DNA of 55,426 bases, the filler included, from Platydemus manokwari (taxonomy: Eukaryota), in NCBI GenBank assembly GCA_037951405.1. It is 4 parts of 4 records of this genome, joined end to end, with 100 filler letters (N's around TTAATTAATTAA, not from the genome) between each part and the next. Parts side by side here need not be neighbours in the genome. Positions count along the whole stretch, not along the records: positions 1 to 16,197 come from JBBMOY011199209.1; positions 16,298 to 29,731 come from JBBMOY011728064.1; 2 more parts are not named here. One strand, written 5' to 3'. Shown here piece by piece: positions 11,880 to 25,289 of the stretch. The stretch's first letter is position 1. Each line of letters begins with the position of its first letter. The notes under the pieces were generated by a model. That model saw only the letters and a program-made list of their open reading frames with translations. It was not told where the DNA came from and made no database searches. The position numbers and the translations under genes were made by a program.

Positions 11880-13520
11880 ACACACACATTCCAAGTTGTG
11901 TGACTACTTATAAAATTTTCTGCACGAATTCTGATAAATTATTCATGCTCGAATGTGGCTATTATCAATCCCTGTTTTACCATAGACTAAGAATTGATAA
12001 CTTGAGATTCTTCGGAAGTTCTGGTAAATGTACTCAGTCTTGCCTGCGTCTTTTCCCCTTAGATCGTTATTTAGGATATTGAGGCTGACCAATCTGCAAA
12101 ATTGAGGAGCGGTCCGTTGGCATCTGCAATGACATTGATTTCGTATGTCCTGATTGAGTGAAAGAGATTATACTTGGGGAATATGAAACTTCAAAAATAA
12201 ATCGCAACCGTTTATCCAGATATTTGAATTCCAATAGTAATTCAGGATGGAGGCTATTCAAAGGTGTCACTAACCATAAACTGCAGCTTGTATTTTCGTA
12301 TCACGATTATTGGTTAATGTTTTGTCTGAGGGCCTGAAGCTCGATTAGATGAGTCTATCATCTCCAGTTTTCCATTAGAGCTTGGAGATTATATATTTTT
12401 CGGTCACATGAGTTTACCTCTGTGCTAGGTTATTTTTATCTCTGCAATCAGTATTATAGGAGCTTAAAGGTAGTGACTCACGTCCATGGAGTTGGGAATT
12501 TCCTCTAACTTGTAGGTTTTACCCACCTTGCAGATTAAGAATCATCCTCTTCTGATAGTAATGATAGATCCCAACAGAATGTCGAAAATGAGAGAGTAGT
12601 TGGCTAATTATATTTCATATTCCGAGAATTTTGATATCTATTACAGTTTTTAGTGAAACCCAGCCCAAAGATCACAATATTATAATATGAAGAGTCACTG
12701 TATTGTAGGATTTATACTGGCAGATTACTCTCGTCAGGAATATTCGCTTATCTAAGCTGTTATCTATATAGTGATCTAGGAGTTTTGAGACAGTGCCAGA
12801 CCCTTAAACTTAGACGTTAAACTCAATTTCGGATGAGTTTAAAAATTGGCCATTTCTTTGAAATATAAGAATCATACAAGGCACTCGTGACCGTGATACA
12901 TGTGTGAACAACCCTACGTCAACATAACATTGACGCTATCTACTTTACGGTCTATCTATTTCATTGACGCGAGCGTACAAAAGTAGCACGTTAAGCCTAG
13001 CACGGTGTACAAAACGTCAGTAAAAACCATAATTGACCTATTAATTTTGTTGATTTTCATATTTCTACAAATGACATTATCAAATAAGTTAAAATTATTA
13101 CATTGGATCCAATTGTGCCAACATGAATGTGCAATTGTCTCGTGAATAAGCTTGGCTCTTACATTTCTATTCAATTATCTTCGTATGGCAAACAGCGTCG
13201 TTCATACTATTACAAACGCTATCCCGTCGAATTCAAAATCAAATACAACCTAATTACTCAACTTAAAATAGTTGATTGCTCTTACGACTCGAAATCACCA
13301 GGTTTTCCCAGAATATGTACGAAAAGATTGTTCTACAAATTCGTTTAACTATCTCAATGCATTACAAACGAGTTGATTAGGTCAGAAATCCTGGTTTTAG
13401 AGTTCTGTCCTAAGTACATGCTAAAGTTAGGGATCAAAGACACGAATCAATTTAAAAGCCTGTATAAGCTGTTGCAGATGATTTGCTGATTTGTGTAGCT
13501 TATACATTTGTAGTGTAAAT
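11880..13520 (+). mobile_element. Highly decayed RLE-clade (R2/NeSL-like) non-LTR retrotransposon
   Basis: Frame-broken motifs in the expected order: LASA/NDIDFV (~12118, like LAFADD), LCQHEC...RMANSVVHTITNAI (like Zn knuckle plus RHNxVV), and KIVD...EILVL...LKLGI (like the restriction-like endonuclease C-terminus). Confidence 0.45.
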
Positions 13521-14139
13521 AATATAAATTGTCGTCATTTTTACTTTGTCATTTATCACTATGATAATTAATTTATCTATAGAGGGGAAGTTATTCGTCT
13601 CCACGACTATTAGTATTTTCTTTACAAATTCTTTTAACTTAAATTTACTTAAATCCTCGGTTTCATCTATTTATCTTTAACCTCCACTTTTATGGGTTGA
13701 ATATCGATTATCTTTTATAGTTTTCAATTTTTTATTTCTCTTAGTTTTTTATTTATCTCAATTTGATATTCTTTGACATTTAAATCCGAAATCATTTTTA
13801 TAAGAATAATAATATATTTATTATTACAATAATGTTCAACAAATTTTTAAATTTTAAAATCCAGTTTAAATTAAAACTTATTCCATCAGTGTTGTTTTCA
13901 TTTTTTTAATCAAAATAAAAAAATTCTCACATTCTTATATCGTAGCTTTTTTAACAATTTTTTTAATTTTTTAAATAACTTTTATACTAAGAGTTTAACA
14001 TTATTGTTAAAAAAAATCCTTAGTTTTTATGAATATTAATATGGTCTATATATTTTAACATAATTTTTAAATAATTTTACTATTATTTAAATTTTTAAAA
14101 GTTCTTTTTTTTGTTTCATTTAAAGAATCAAATTAATCT

Positions 14140-14345
14140 TTTTTTTAAAATCTTTGATTCTTCGATATTTCTTGGTGTTAATGTTCTCTATGCATTTTGT
14201 AGCTAGTAGATTCTTATAATATTCTTTCCTATCACTTCGTAAGGGCATTCATATCTTTCCTGATCTTTATTCTGTATTTCTTTCTTTGTTAATACCTTAA
14301 CTCCTTTGAATTTGAGTTTAAATGTTGTTCTTTTATAATTATTTT
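14140..14345 (-). mobile_element. Ty3/gypsy integrase C-terminal (GPY/F) remnant
   Basis: FKGVKVLTKKEIQNKDQERYECPYEVIGK..Y*L...RNIE resembles GDKVL...RYEGPYEV. Confidence 0.45.
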
Positions 14346-14488
14346 GATCTTGTTTAATGGTCTTCTTTACCTTCACTCTGTTTATTCTATGTTAGGTTCC
14401 GAATCCATTCCATAATGAGTCACAAGCACATATTACGCCCACAAACATATTCATATAATTAAAATTTCAAAAATAAATCAAATCATAT

Positions 14489-14676
14489 AAATAGAATTTA
14501 TTAATTCCAAAAATAGATTAGAAATTAAAAATAGAATTTATTAATTCCAAAAATAGATTAGAAACTAAAAATAGAATTTAATTATTCCAAAAATTGATTA
14601 GAAACTAAAAATAGAATTTATTAATTCCAAAAATAGATCAGAAAACAAAAATAGGATTTTAAAATTCCAGAAATAG
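14489..14676 (+). repeat. 40-bp tandem repeat, about 4.7 copies
   Basis: Unit atagaatttattaattccaaaaatagattagaaa(t/c)taaaa starts at 14491, 14531, 14571, 14611 and 14651. Confidence 0.9.
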
Positions 14677-16197
14677 AAAAATCGTGATTGGTCACAGTTA
14701 TAACGAAAATTAGTATAAAAGCAGCCGGAGAAACAGAAGAAATCGCCAAAAAGTAAATTAAATTTTTCAGAGTAAAGCAATTATCTAACAGGAAACTCCG
14801 AGAAACGAGAAAAGTTAATTAGCGACTAGACAAGTACAGGAATCTCCGTACAAGCCAAACGATTTAAGCACCGAGGTACAAAGTGACTTATTGATTGATT
14901 TTTATACCATGTCGATAGATTGGGTATCAACTAATATCTCTTCTTTTTTCTCCCATCTTTGTATTAGTTTTTATTTCATTGTACGGTTCACCCGTATCGT
15001 GAATCTTGCCCTCTGGTTAAGCAAACCACGCTTCGCCAGTTCTTTGTTTACACAATCTAAATAATTCAATTGTCATTTAATTGTAGATTGTATTGATTCA
15101 TAATTATATTTTAGTATCACTGCATTATTGTTATTTATTGTCTTATTATTATTTATAATTAAATTCATCTACTTCTATCGAACGCAGCCAATCATTTGGA
15201 GTCTGGTTGGCACCACAACGGGCACAGTAAAATAACAACCAACACCTAAAAACTCGATAATACATATAGAAAGCCAATAGACTTTTTATTGGTATATGCC
15301 CTTTACTGCATCCCTTATTGAAATAATATTTAGTCAATATTCCATTGTTTTAAAGTGAATAATGAATATTGATAATGATCCTCATGATCTTCAAACTAAT
15401 TAATACGCCCCAAATCCCTCAATCCTCAATCTTCTCTCAATATCAACAAATGCAATCCTATTCAACAAGCATAAACTATCCGAGAATACAATGCTCAAAC
15501 AAATTTCAATCCTCAAAGGCTTCGAACCTCAAGCAATTGTAATTCACATAAGTCTCTAATCGAAAAATAGACATCGACGATTAACACATATTATTTTATT
15601 GTGACTTTATGATTTTATGATCTTGAAAAGTGGCATTGCAACTTTATTTGACTTTATTGTATCTTTATTGTATTAAGTAAACAATTTATCTAGATAATTT
15701 TATTGTGAATTATTATTGAATTTTTTGAAAATGAGCAATGATGTATGTGACTTTATAATTGAATTTTATAATTCTGAGGATTATTGATTATAATACGTGT
15801 AGAAAATGATAATAAAGTATAATAAAAAAATAATTAGGAATGAAAATATTATTCATTATATGTGTGAAATTTGAAATAATAAAACAAATAAGAATAAGAG
15901 CGGATTTATGAATAATCTAATAAAATTATCAGAGTAGGAAAAAGAAAATGATTTTATAATCCAATAAGGAAAAAGAAAATAATACCCATAAGAAAAAACA
16001 ATATATGAGCAGTGGGAAAAGTAAAAAAATCACTCACTAAATTGCAAATCTTCTGAGTCTAGGAGAACAACAAGCTTAATTCGTCTGTTTGATCTATCGA
16101 AGAATACTTTGAACTTATCGAAAGATAATAAATAAAAGTAAAGGATGACTAAATAAAAGTTGAGGTTTTTCGGATGTTGAACGAATATATTCAAACA

Positions 16198-16297
16198 NNN
16201 NNNNNNNNNNNNNNNNNNNNNNNNNNNNNNNNNNNNNNNNNTTAATTAATTAANNNNNNNNNNNNNNNNNNNNNNNNNNNNNNNNNNNNNNNNNNNN
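16198..16297. other. Artificial contig spacer N44-TTAATTAATTAA-N44
   Basis: An identical 100-nt structure occurs three times. The core places stops in all six frames. Confidence 0.95.
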
Positions 16298-17044
16298 CTG
16301 AGCCTGGTGTTTCTTGCACAACTCTTTAAGATTTTATCATGTTTTTGACAGACACACACAAAGTTCATCTTCTACAGGCAGCAATTGTGTTCTCTGGGCA
16401 ATTGCAGGATATTCCTTTTCCACCAGTAATCAAAATGCATTCAGATTAAGCTCAAAATGCTTAAACTTTAACACTAGCAAGTTCCTCATCTGTCAATAGG
16501 AACTGTTCTTTAAATGGTTCCAATTCTACAAATTGGTTTCTAATTCAATCATACTAGTCAACAGATATTGATGGGAAATACTTGTCAATATTTGTTAATA
16601 TAGTATCCAAATGGTTTAAAACCAGTAGCCTAATTTCTTGACAATTCCTTTTAAAAACACTTGGAAGCATTCCCGAATTTCCTGCAACTATGTGTTTCTT
16701 CTATATTGTCAATTTTTTTGATCAAATCATTTATTTTATCAGTAGAAAACAAGATATTTTCGTTCCTGTCCTACATGCTATTATTCAAGAGGTTTGGTTC
16801 ATGAAAGATATCGGAGAAATATGCCAACTTCGTACACCAATGGCCATTACTCAAACATTCTACGAGGTCTTTAAGTCAATAAATCTTATAGTATAATTCG
16901 TAAAAATGAGACAATATTTTCCCTCTTGACAACCATCGTATTTAACATGTCTATTTGTTCATTGTTCTAATTTAGAATTTGCGGAACTCATGGAGTGTAC
17001 TGGTGGATCCCTAAGGTTTTTGAAACACGGGTTGAAAACTACTG
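16298..17044 (-). mobile_element. hAT Buster/Charlie (ZBED5/ZBED8-like) DNA transposon, internally deleted and decayed
   Basis: Terminus cagtagttttcaacc at 17044 (Buster-type TIR). Minus-strand peptides: GKILSHFYEL, WCTKLAYFSDIFHEPNLLN, NENILFSTDKIN, KYFPSISVD*YD*IRNQF, KEYPAIAQR, VEDELCVCLS..LKELCKKHQAQ. Confidence 0.85.
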
Positions 17045-17049
17045 CACTA

Positions 17050-17249
17050 TATCATCAATATCTATCACTCTACTTATCATCGGTATCACTGATATAATAT
17101 CGATATCTATATCACTAGATCATCTATCACTCTACTTATCATCGGTATCACTGATATAATAACGATATCTAATATCACTATGTCATCATAATCACCGATA
17201 TCTAATATCACTATGTCATCATAATCACCGATATCTATATCATCAATAG
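17050..17249 (+). repeat. Compound tandem duplications (~61-bp x2 and ~33-bp x2, gatatc-rich)
   Basis: atctatcactctacttatcatcggtatcactgatataat occurs twice, and gatatctaatatcactatgtcatcataatcacc occurs twice. Confidence 0.8.
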
Positions 17250-17717
17250 TTACAAGCGCGGTATTAATTGGAGCAATTAAATAACAGACTAAGTGTGTGT
17301 GTGTGACATTAAAGGGTAGGGGTTAATCGATTTCTCAATGCTCAGCGTGGATTTGGATAGGTACTGATGTTTACTGTTTTCAGTAGAGAAATATTCAAAA
17401 CAATTTAGATATCGATTTCTACCCATGTCTGGCTATCATGTGACTGAAATAATTTCAAATGATTTTTATTCACATTTTGAGTGATATTAAATTAATTATT
17501 TAAATTTAATTAACTGATATTTAAATTAAATGATTATTCTATTTAAAATTATAATTAAATATTATTAATAATATAATGAAAATGACGATTGATAACAAAA
17601 AATAAAAAATCTATATCGAATCACAAATGATGTTCATTTATCAAAACCGATATAGATGACATATGGGATTGACAGAGATACAGGTCAATGAGATAATATT
17701 GTCAACACATTAGCAAT

Positions 17718-17753
<36 letters not shown>
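17718..17753 (+). repeat. (AAT)n microsatellite just upstream of a splice acceptor
   Basis: Run of aat triplets visible in the sequence. Confidence 0.9.
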
Positions 17754-17755
<2 letters not shown>

Positions 17756-17764
17756 CAATTTCAG

Positions 17765-19155
17765 AAATCATATTGAAGATGCCACTAATCTCCATTATTT
17801 ATCAATGTGCCCAAATCTTTCAAGATTAACTCTTGAAGGAAATCCTCTTTGTAATCCAAGCAAATACGAGTTACCAATGACGTATAGAAAATGTGTTGTC
17901 GAATCGATACCACAATTGGATTATTTAGATGATATTTTATTGATCAATTGTAATCCTCATACAACGGCTGAGGGTGACGTCGATGATAATTTACAAGCTT
18001 CTGAATTGGATATTGTAACAAACACTCTAGCATTAGAGGAACATTGGACTTTTATCAATACTATGCTCGTTGAATCTGGATTATTGGCAGAAACGTCCAA
18101 AATTCGGGAATCATCATTACTACTTAGTCCTGATGATAGTGGAAGACCATCATCATCATCTTGTACGCAATCAACCCGACCCAATTCAGCAATGCGACCT
18201 ATGTCTGCCCAGCGCAGGGCTTTGGCTAGCGCTCTTGGAAGGCCATCAACATCGAGTTCACAACTGGTGAGACCGGCCAGTGCGACAAGTGGAGACAGCT
18301 TAAATGGTAAAAAGAAAAACTTTATACTGGTTGCGCATTACCATATATTTAACAGATAACGACGAGAAAGCTGACGATTCGAGTTTAACTGCTGGACAAG
18401 TTGTGTGTGGCAATTTGACGAAATCATTGAGGCGCCACTCTCATGAACCATTGATAATAGGTGGAATCAATCATTCAATAAATCAATTGAAAGTGATTAA
18501 TGAAAATCGGCCACGAACAAGTCGGGTATCAAATGATAAAAATATAAACATCGATGAGAGTTGTGAAATGGTTTTGGAAGAATTGAATAAATGGCGGAAC
18601 GATTACGAGAAGTATGAATGAGATGATTGGTTAAGATTGATATGAGTGACCATGTGTGTTCTGATCAGGTCTCGAGCAAGGATTGAACAGAAGAAATCGC
18701 CACAAATATTGACTATTGACCATACGGAGGAGGATGAAATCGAAGAGGTTGTCATGGCAAATAGCAATACAATCAATAGGAATAGATCGAGAAATACACT
18801 TGCAACAGATTCAGCAATCATCAACGATCACAGCAGATTAGCCAGGAAATCCGTCAAGCCTGATATCAAACTGAATCCGATCATTAAAAATGGGAAAATA
18901 ATTCGAGATATGCCATCATCATGGGTGCCACATGGTGATAAAAAGATAAACAAACATATCGATAACAATCGATTGACAACAAGCAGAAATTCGCAATCAT
19001 CATCATCATCGGTTAATATCGATGTCACTGCCGTTGCTAGCACCCACTTCAACAAATCACAACCAATCACATCACAAATAAGTCGCATTCGCCGACAACT
19101 GCTCCAGAATAATGTTAACACAATCACACCGTCGAAACCATTGCTGAAGAGATGA
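17765..19155 (+). CDS. LRRC56: Leucine-rich repeat protein 56-like (dynein-arm/ciliary factor), last three exons; 5' exons not found
   Basis: Exons 17765-18306, 18356-18611 and 18669-19155 splice in phase. NHIEDATNLHYLSMCPNLSRLTLEGNPLC...YRKCVVESIPQLDYLDD (last LRR plus LRRcap) and SSLTAGQVVCGNLTKSLRR match my recollection of LRRC56. Confidence 0.75.
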
Positions 19156-20423
19156 AAATTTAAAAATTAATCAATAATAATTTTCCATGTTTTTACTGTA
19201 GAACTTGTGTTGGCGTGTTACGATTTTCCTTTTCCATGTATGTTGACGACAATCCGGTATTGGAATGAATATATGAGTGAGTATCATTAGGTTAGACTGG
19301 GCTTCTGGTTGATGATGTTCTTTGATGATATATTGAGATCAAATAGGATTGATGGAGTGAGGCGATATTACATGTACGATATATTACACATGATATTACA
19401 TGTCAATCAATACAGATGTCTGATGGGATGCGATGAAACCTAGAGAAGCTGTGATATGGCCATCAAATTAATAACGACGACATATCGCAACTCACTAGGT
19501 TTGATCCGACTGTCTCCATAATAATAATAATAAATTTAGAACCACTGTAACATGGCTATTATATGAATGCATCGTGACACCATAATATAACCAACTTCAG
19601 TCGACTAAATCCAACACAATATACTCGACAAAATGAAGATAAACAAAATAGATCTCTGAAAGACCAGCTTAACACACTGCTAATAGCGAAGAGTGTTCAG
19701 ACTTGTCTTTCAAAGTTACTATTGCTGGATAAAACGGATTAAAAACAATATTGATAATAAAAATTGTTCATTGCTTGGCCTTATATATAGTATTTGATGA
19801 ATGATGAAGTCAAGAGTTTAACCAATCGATATTATCATTACATCATCATCATTATCATCATGGACGCTAATAACTAGATGTTATATTAAATGTCGTCTGA
19901 ATTTCACCGATGTTTCCTCTACAGACAAACATTGATTGATTCATTTATGATTGGTTATGATCATTGCGATATATGCACAATTCGATATACATGTATGCGT
20001 GTGTGTATGATTGACTCAAATATCTCGCCCATGCACTCTCAGATGGATGGGTCAATGACGTCATGGATGGAGAATGTCATGTATTATCGAGACTGTTATG
20101 TAATCGATAAAATAGCTAGATTAAATATCTCAATGTCAGAGGACCATGTTTATCAGTAAATATAAATTAATTAATGGTTTTAATTAATCAATGAAAAATG
20201 GTGTTCATAAATTACAATCGATTAACATAAATAAACAAATTATTACAATTTTAATTAATTAAATTGATTAATAATTAATTAATTAATAATGGGATATTTA
20301 TTGTCAAATGGTGAAAATCAATAATAAAATTACAAAATAATCAATAATCATCAAATAAATGGCGATATAAGCGAGAAACACACACACACACATGAGGATT
20401 AAAACATATATTTTGTCATCACA

Positions 20424-23026
20424 TTAATCGATTTGTTTCCTCAAATCTTGAAGCATTTCCAGCGATTTATTGATTTTTATCATCACAGATTTACTCCATC
20501 TCTCGTCAGTTTCTTTGAAATTTTTCTTGAGAAATATTCGCAAATTGTTGACGAATTTCGACGAGATTGTAGCGGACATCTGTTTCAGTATGTCGGCAAT
20601 ATCATCCCAGCTCTCTTCGACAATCTCGCTGATGACAGCTGTCATGAATCCGATATTGGCGAGAGAATCGTCGAGAAAATTGAATTTCTACAAAGGAAGA
20701 AGAATAAAAATCAATAATTTATAACGGTGGGATTAAAAGGGCGAGATGTGACGTGTGTGTGTCGGCAATAACTCGCTCGTGCTCACCTTTAAACAATTGA
20801 CGGGAAATTCGGCAACGGCAATCAATTGGCCCAAACATCGGCCACAATTTATGCGAGCAGATTCGACGAGTTTCGGTTGGGCCAAAATATCCCACATGGC
20901 ACATTTGATGAGTTGTCGAAATCGTCGATTTGATTCCAGCAGTCCCGCCAATATATTCGCATATAATTGGCAGAAATCTCGCTCCAGCGCTAAACATCGC
21001 ACGATGACGGCGATTATCTCGGATTCGGGCACAATTAGATTCTTGGCGTTATTTGATTGGCTGATCTGTTTGATTTTAGCGAGTGTCTCGCTGACGTCAT
21101 CTTGATCGGGATGAGTTTTGGCGAGCATCAATGTGCGGAATAACAATTGTTTGCCATCAGTGACGAATCCCAATTCAATGGCGAGCTTATTCCATTGTTG
21201 ATCTTGCTCCGATAGATTGTGAATAGCAGCAGTGGCACTTTTGGATTCAATGGCTGCCGCGGTTTTGTTTAAGATTTGATTTGGATTGACAGCACTGCCT
21301 ACCAGCCACCATCTGACGCGATTCTCGCCACGGAAGTCCGTCAATCGTAAAGCAACATTGTCACCAATCATGATCGATTCTAATCAAATCAATAAACCAA
21401 TACACACACACATGTCAAATCAAATCAAATCCAGCCTCACTTTTAGCCCATGTGCGAATCAATTTGCGATATTTGACGATATTCTGGTACATGATATCAT
21501 TTTTCGCTTTCGATGTCGTCAATTTATCAATGATTGCGTCACACAAACATCGCGTCTCGCTAATATCGCCGGCATTTTCCATGGTTGACGAGATTCTCGC
21601 CCGGAATTTCGATACGAATTCATCACAACGAGCGGCATTGTTTTTCCGAATAAAAAACCCGTCAACTAAAATAGGTGTGTGAGTGTGAGTGTAAAAATAA
21701 TCAATAATTCAAGCCATTACTGCTACAAATATCTGCAACGACTTTCAATTGTGGAATATCAAGCTGATTTGACGAGATTTCTGTCATTAAATCGATAATG
21801 AGATTGGAATCAATGATTTCCAACCGAGTGATATAAGCGATAAATCGATAAATCACCATCACATCATTTAATATCATCTCATTATTCCATTGGTAAGCAG
21901 GCTTGATATTGGATAAATGATTCAATAGCTGTTCCATATAAAATGCTATCAAATTGGTTTGTTTAATCAATCGAATGTGTAAACAAGCAATAAATGCTGC
22001 TAAATCCAGACAGGATAATTTCTGAATGAGATAAAGGGGAGACAAACACATTAATCATTCATCCATATCATAAAAACCCAACCATATAGCTCATTGATTC
22101 TTTGATAAAAATATCTCGCACTTGACCACGAGGATATTCATTCCAGATCTGTTCGATGCCATCCAAACATTTCATCATTTGTGATTCACATAATCGATTC
22201 AAATGAGCGAGAATATTTCGCTTGATTTTCACTTGTTCGCCTTTATCAACATTGTCATTATCAACTTTGCTTTCTGATTCATTGATTGATTCTTCACTTT
22301 CATCATCATCATCATCTTTATCTAAAACATCAATCTCTTCATCATCATCTTCTTCTTCATTGCTTCCATCTTCATCTTCAACATCTTCATCATCGACATC
22401 CATAATGTCGTTCTCATCAGATATACACTCGTCAATAGCATCATTTGTATCAATTTCGCCTTTCAATGAAATAAATAAATTATCCATAATTAATAATGTC
22501 GTTTTAAAAGACGTCATGCAATGAAGCATACATTAGACAACTCATTAATATCAATTGTTTATTGGAGTTGAATTTTATAAAATATCACCAATCATTCAAT
22601 AAGCATTAGAGTAAAAAAAACTATTTTTATTCCATATTTTATCAGTAATTTTAGATAAGAGTTCAAGCATTGTAATTCATATTAAAAATTTATATTCAAT
22701 AACTATTACTTAAAAAATAATAATAATGTCAAAGTGAGAAATGTGAAATAATAATTACCTTCATCATTAGAAACTGGATCCAAATCCATAAACAGTTCTA
22801 AGATTCTAATCAATTTATCGCTTAAGAATTTTCAAAACTAACCGCTTAATTTAGATTTATTTTTACGTTTTTTAATTTTTAATAATTTTTCATATTTTTT
22901 AATTTCTGCTTCATCGTTTTTGATGCCTAATAACAAATATGATTTTGGATCTGGTTTTTGCGGTTTCTTATCTAAAAGAATTTATAGCTTTATAGAAAAT
23001 AAAAAAGAAATTATACTTTTGCTCAT
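20424..23026 (-). CDS. NOM1: Nucleolar MIF4G domain-containing protein 1 (NOM1/Sgd1), 8 exons
   Basis: Exons 23026-23017, 22971-22843, 22797-22759, 22459-22083, 22021-21721, 21665-21441, 21379-20787 and 20687-20424 splice in frame. Motifs: DEAEIKKYEKLLKIKKRK, an acidic tract, LNRLCESQM (MIF4G start), GFFIRKNNA, RWWLVGSA, and an MA3-like C-terminal region. Confidence 0.85.
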
Positions 23027-23527
23027 TACAAAAGATTGCAAAACCTTGTATTATTTAAACAAATTTGGTGAAATTTATCTAAATTTAATGTGAATCTTTA
23101 AACATGTCCAGAAAGATATCATTAAAAATTAATGATATAAAGAATATAAATAAATATTGAGCACTGAATTAGGGACAAATTCAAAGATATACTCATTTTA
23201 TTGTTTTACAACCTTTATAACTTTTTTTTAAAAATAATAATAAAAGCTTATCAAAATTAATTATTTATTAAAAGTTTTTTTATTAAAATTTAACGAATTT
23301 AAAAATCGGATTTCAAACACACCATTTAATTTGAAAAACTTGAATCTTTTGTTTGAATTTTCATTTATTGTTTATTGATTTAATTTAAAAATATTATTTT
23401 AAACTTGAAAATTAAATTATTTTTTCTGTTTCTTATTCTATAAATTTTAATAATTATTTCTTATCTAAAAAATTATATTTAAATACATTTCAGTGGATTA
23501 TGTGGTATTGGATGTTGTATATTTTAG

Positions 23528-24774
23528 AATATTGCCTTAGAGGCCGAAATTTCTGATCTTGAATCATACTTTAGTTCTATTAATCAGTTAGATCCATCTG
23601 ATGTAACCACAGAAATTATTGAATTAAAAAACAATTTAATCGAACTTATCGATTTGAAAAAGGAAGAATTGCTTGATTTTAAAAAAGCTAGTCTTCTGCA
23701 ACAATGTGATTATGCAATCACAAATGGAAATTTACATGAAATTGAGAATGATTTAGTAGGAACAAATTATAGTATTTATTTCAATTATAAAAATGGTTCA
23801 AGTGGTCAACGAAATATTATTATTTATGATTCTATTTGCATTGATGGTCAATTGCATTACACATATTTTTTTGCACACCCTGTCTATTATTCAGAATTGC
23901 CTTGCAAAATGTTTCTCGACAATATCGAATGTTCCTATAAAGAATCTTGTAAATATTGCCATGGTTTCATTATACCATCTGTCGAAATTAAAGATCCCTT
24001 AGATCTAAATACAACCGTTTCCGATGGAGATTTATGCTTAGCTTTAATCGAAAATGGTGATATTTGGCGCAAGTGTAAAATTTTGCACACGAATTGGCAG
24101 AACGATTCCTGTGTGATAGAATTAATGACATTTTTAGACGATAAATCAGATAAGGTCTTCAATGTAAATCTGAATAACATTGTCAAATATCCAGAAATGA
24201 CATCAGATGAAAGTTATGATTGCGATGAAATGATCAATGAAGAGAATATCATATATGATCAGGAATCACATTCCAAATTTGGTGAATGGGAGCGACATAC
24301 AAAAGGAATCGGGATGAAGCTTTTGTTACAAATGGGTTACAAAAAAAATAATGGTCTTGGCAAAAATAATCAAGGTCGCTTGAATCCGATTGAAATCAAG
24401 CAAGTCGTAGCTTCTAGCTGGCACAAGAAACACAAAACTATCCCGAAAGAAATACAAATCAAACCGGATAATCGATCATGTTTGGAAAATATCAAATCTT
24501 CACTGGCTAGAAATGAGGTAAACAATTTCGATTGTTGTTTAATTGTTTGTGTTTTTGATTCAAGGCCAAATTGTTGCAATTGCAATCGAAGATTGAATCT
24601 CTCGAGAAATCGAAACAGCGCAACAATTCCTGTAAAATATTGACGGCATCTGCTGATAAACGAATCGATGCCATGAAACAGAAAATTGGTGAATTAAAAA
24701 AGGCTGACAAAACGCTGCACAAAAAACTCAAAACCCAAAAATCAGATAAAACAAAGAAATTAAGAATTTTCTAA
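23528..24774 (+). CDS. ZGPAT: Zinc finger CCCH-type with G-patch domain protein; start exon not resolved
   Basis: Exons 23528-24517 and 24565-24774. CCCH finger [21 protein letters not shown], Tudor-like segment, G-patch [34 protein letters not shown], then a C-terminal coiled coil ending KKLRIF*. Confidence 0.88.
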
Positions 24775-25289
24775 ATGTCGTGTGTGCCAATGAGAAGTGG
24801 TTTTGAGAATTCGTACGAAATTATCGATCTGTCATTTGATTGGTTGTTGATTATGGCTGTTTTTGTATATCGAATAAATTTTTGAGTTCATTATTTATTT
24901 ACTGACAATGATTGATATCGGTTGTCATGGTAATTGGGTTTTATTTTTAAAGATTTTTAATTATTATTTGTTTTTTTATTATCATTATTATATCGGTCCT
25001 TTGATCTAATTGTATTGATTTTTCGATATTTTTTTATCATATTTTGACTTTAATATTCAATTTTAATTGAAAAAGAATAAAAACAGATAACCGTTATTAA
25101 TAAAAAAACAATCTCAATTTAAAGTCGATTTAATTTTTTAAGTATTTTATGCTTTAATGAGAAACAATATCGAGATTTAACAGAACACAGATTAATCCTT
25201 AAATTATCCTTGATATAAGTTGCATGTTTAAAGCATAATTAATTGAAGGCATTTATATGCACACACACACACATAATAATTCCTAACTG

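Noticed and set aside
15025-15038. Possible PBS (accacgcttcgcca)
   Set aside because: I could not match it to a tRNA 3' end, and there is no clear adjacent LTR terminus.
16242-16253. TTAATTAATTAA as a biological motif
   Set aside because: It is always centred in exactly 44+44 Ns, which marks it as an assembly linker.
20433-22524. Plus-strand ORFs overlapping NOM1 (including poly-Ser 22222-22524), and antisense ORFs over LRRC56, ZGPAT and the GPCR
   Set aside because: These are antisense shadows of real coding exons.
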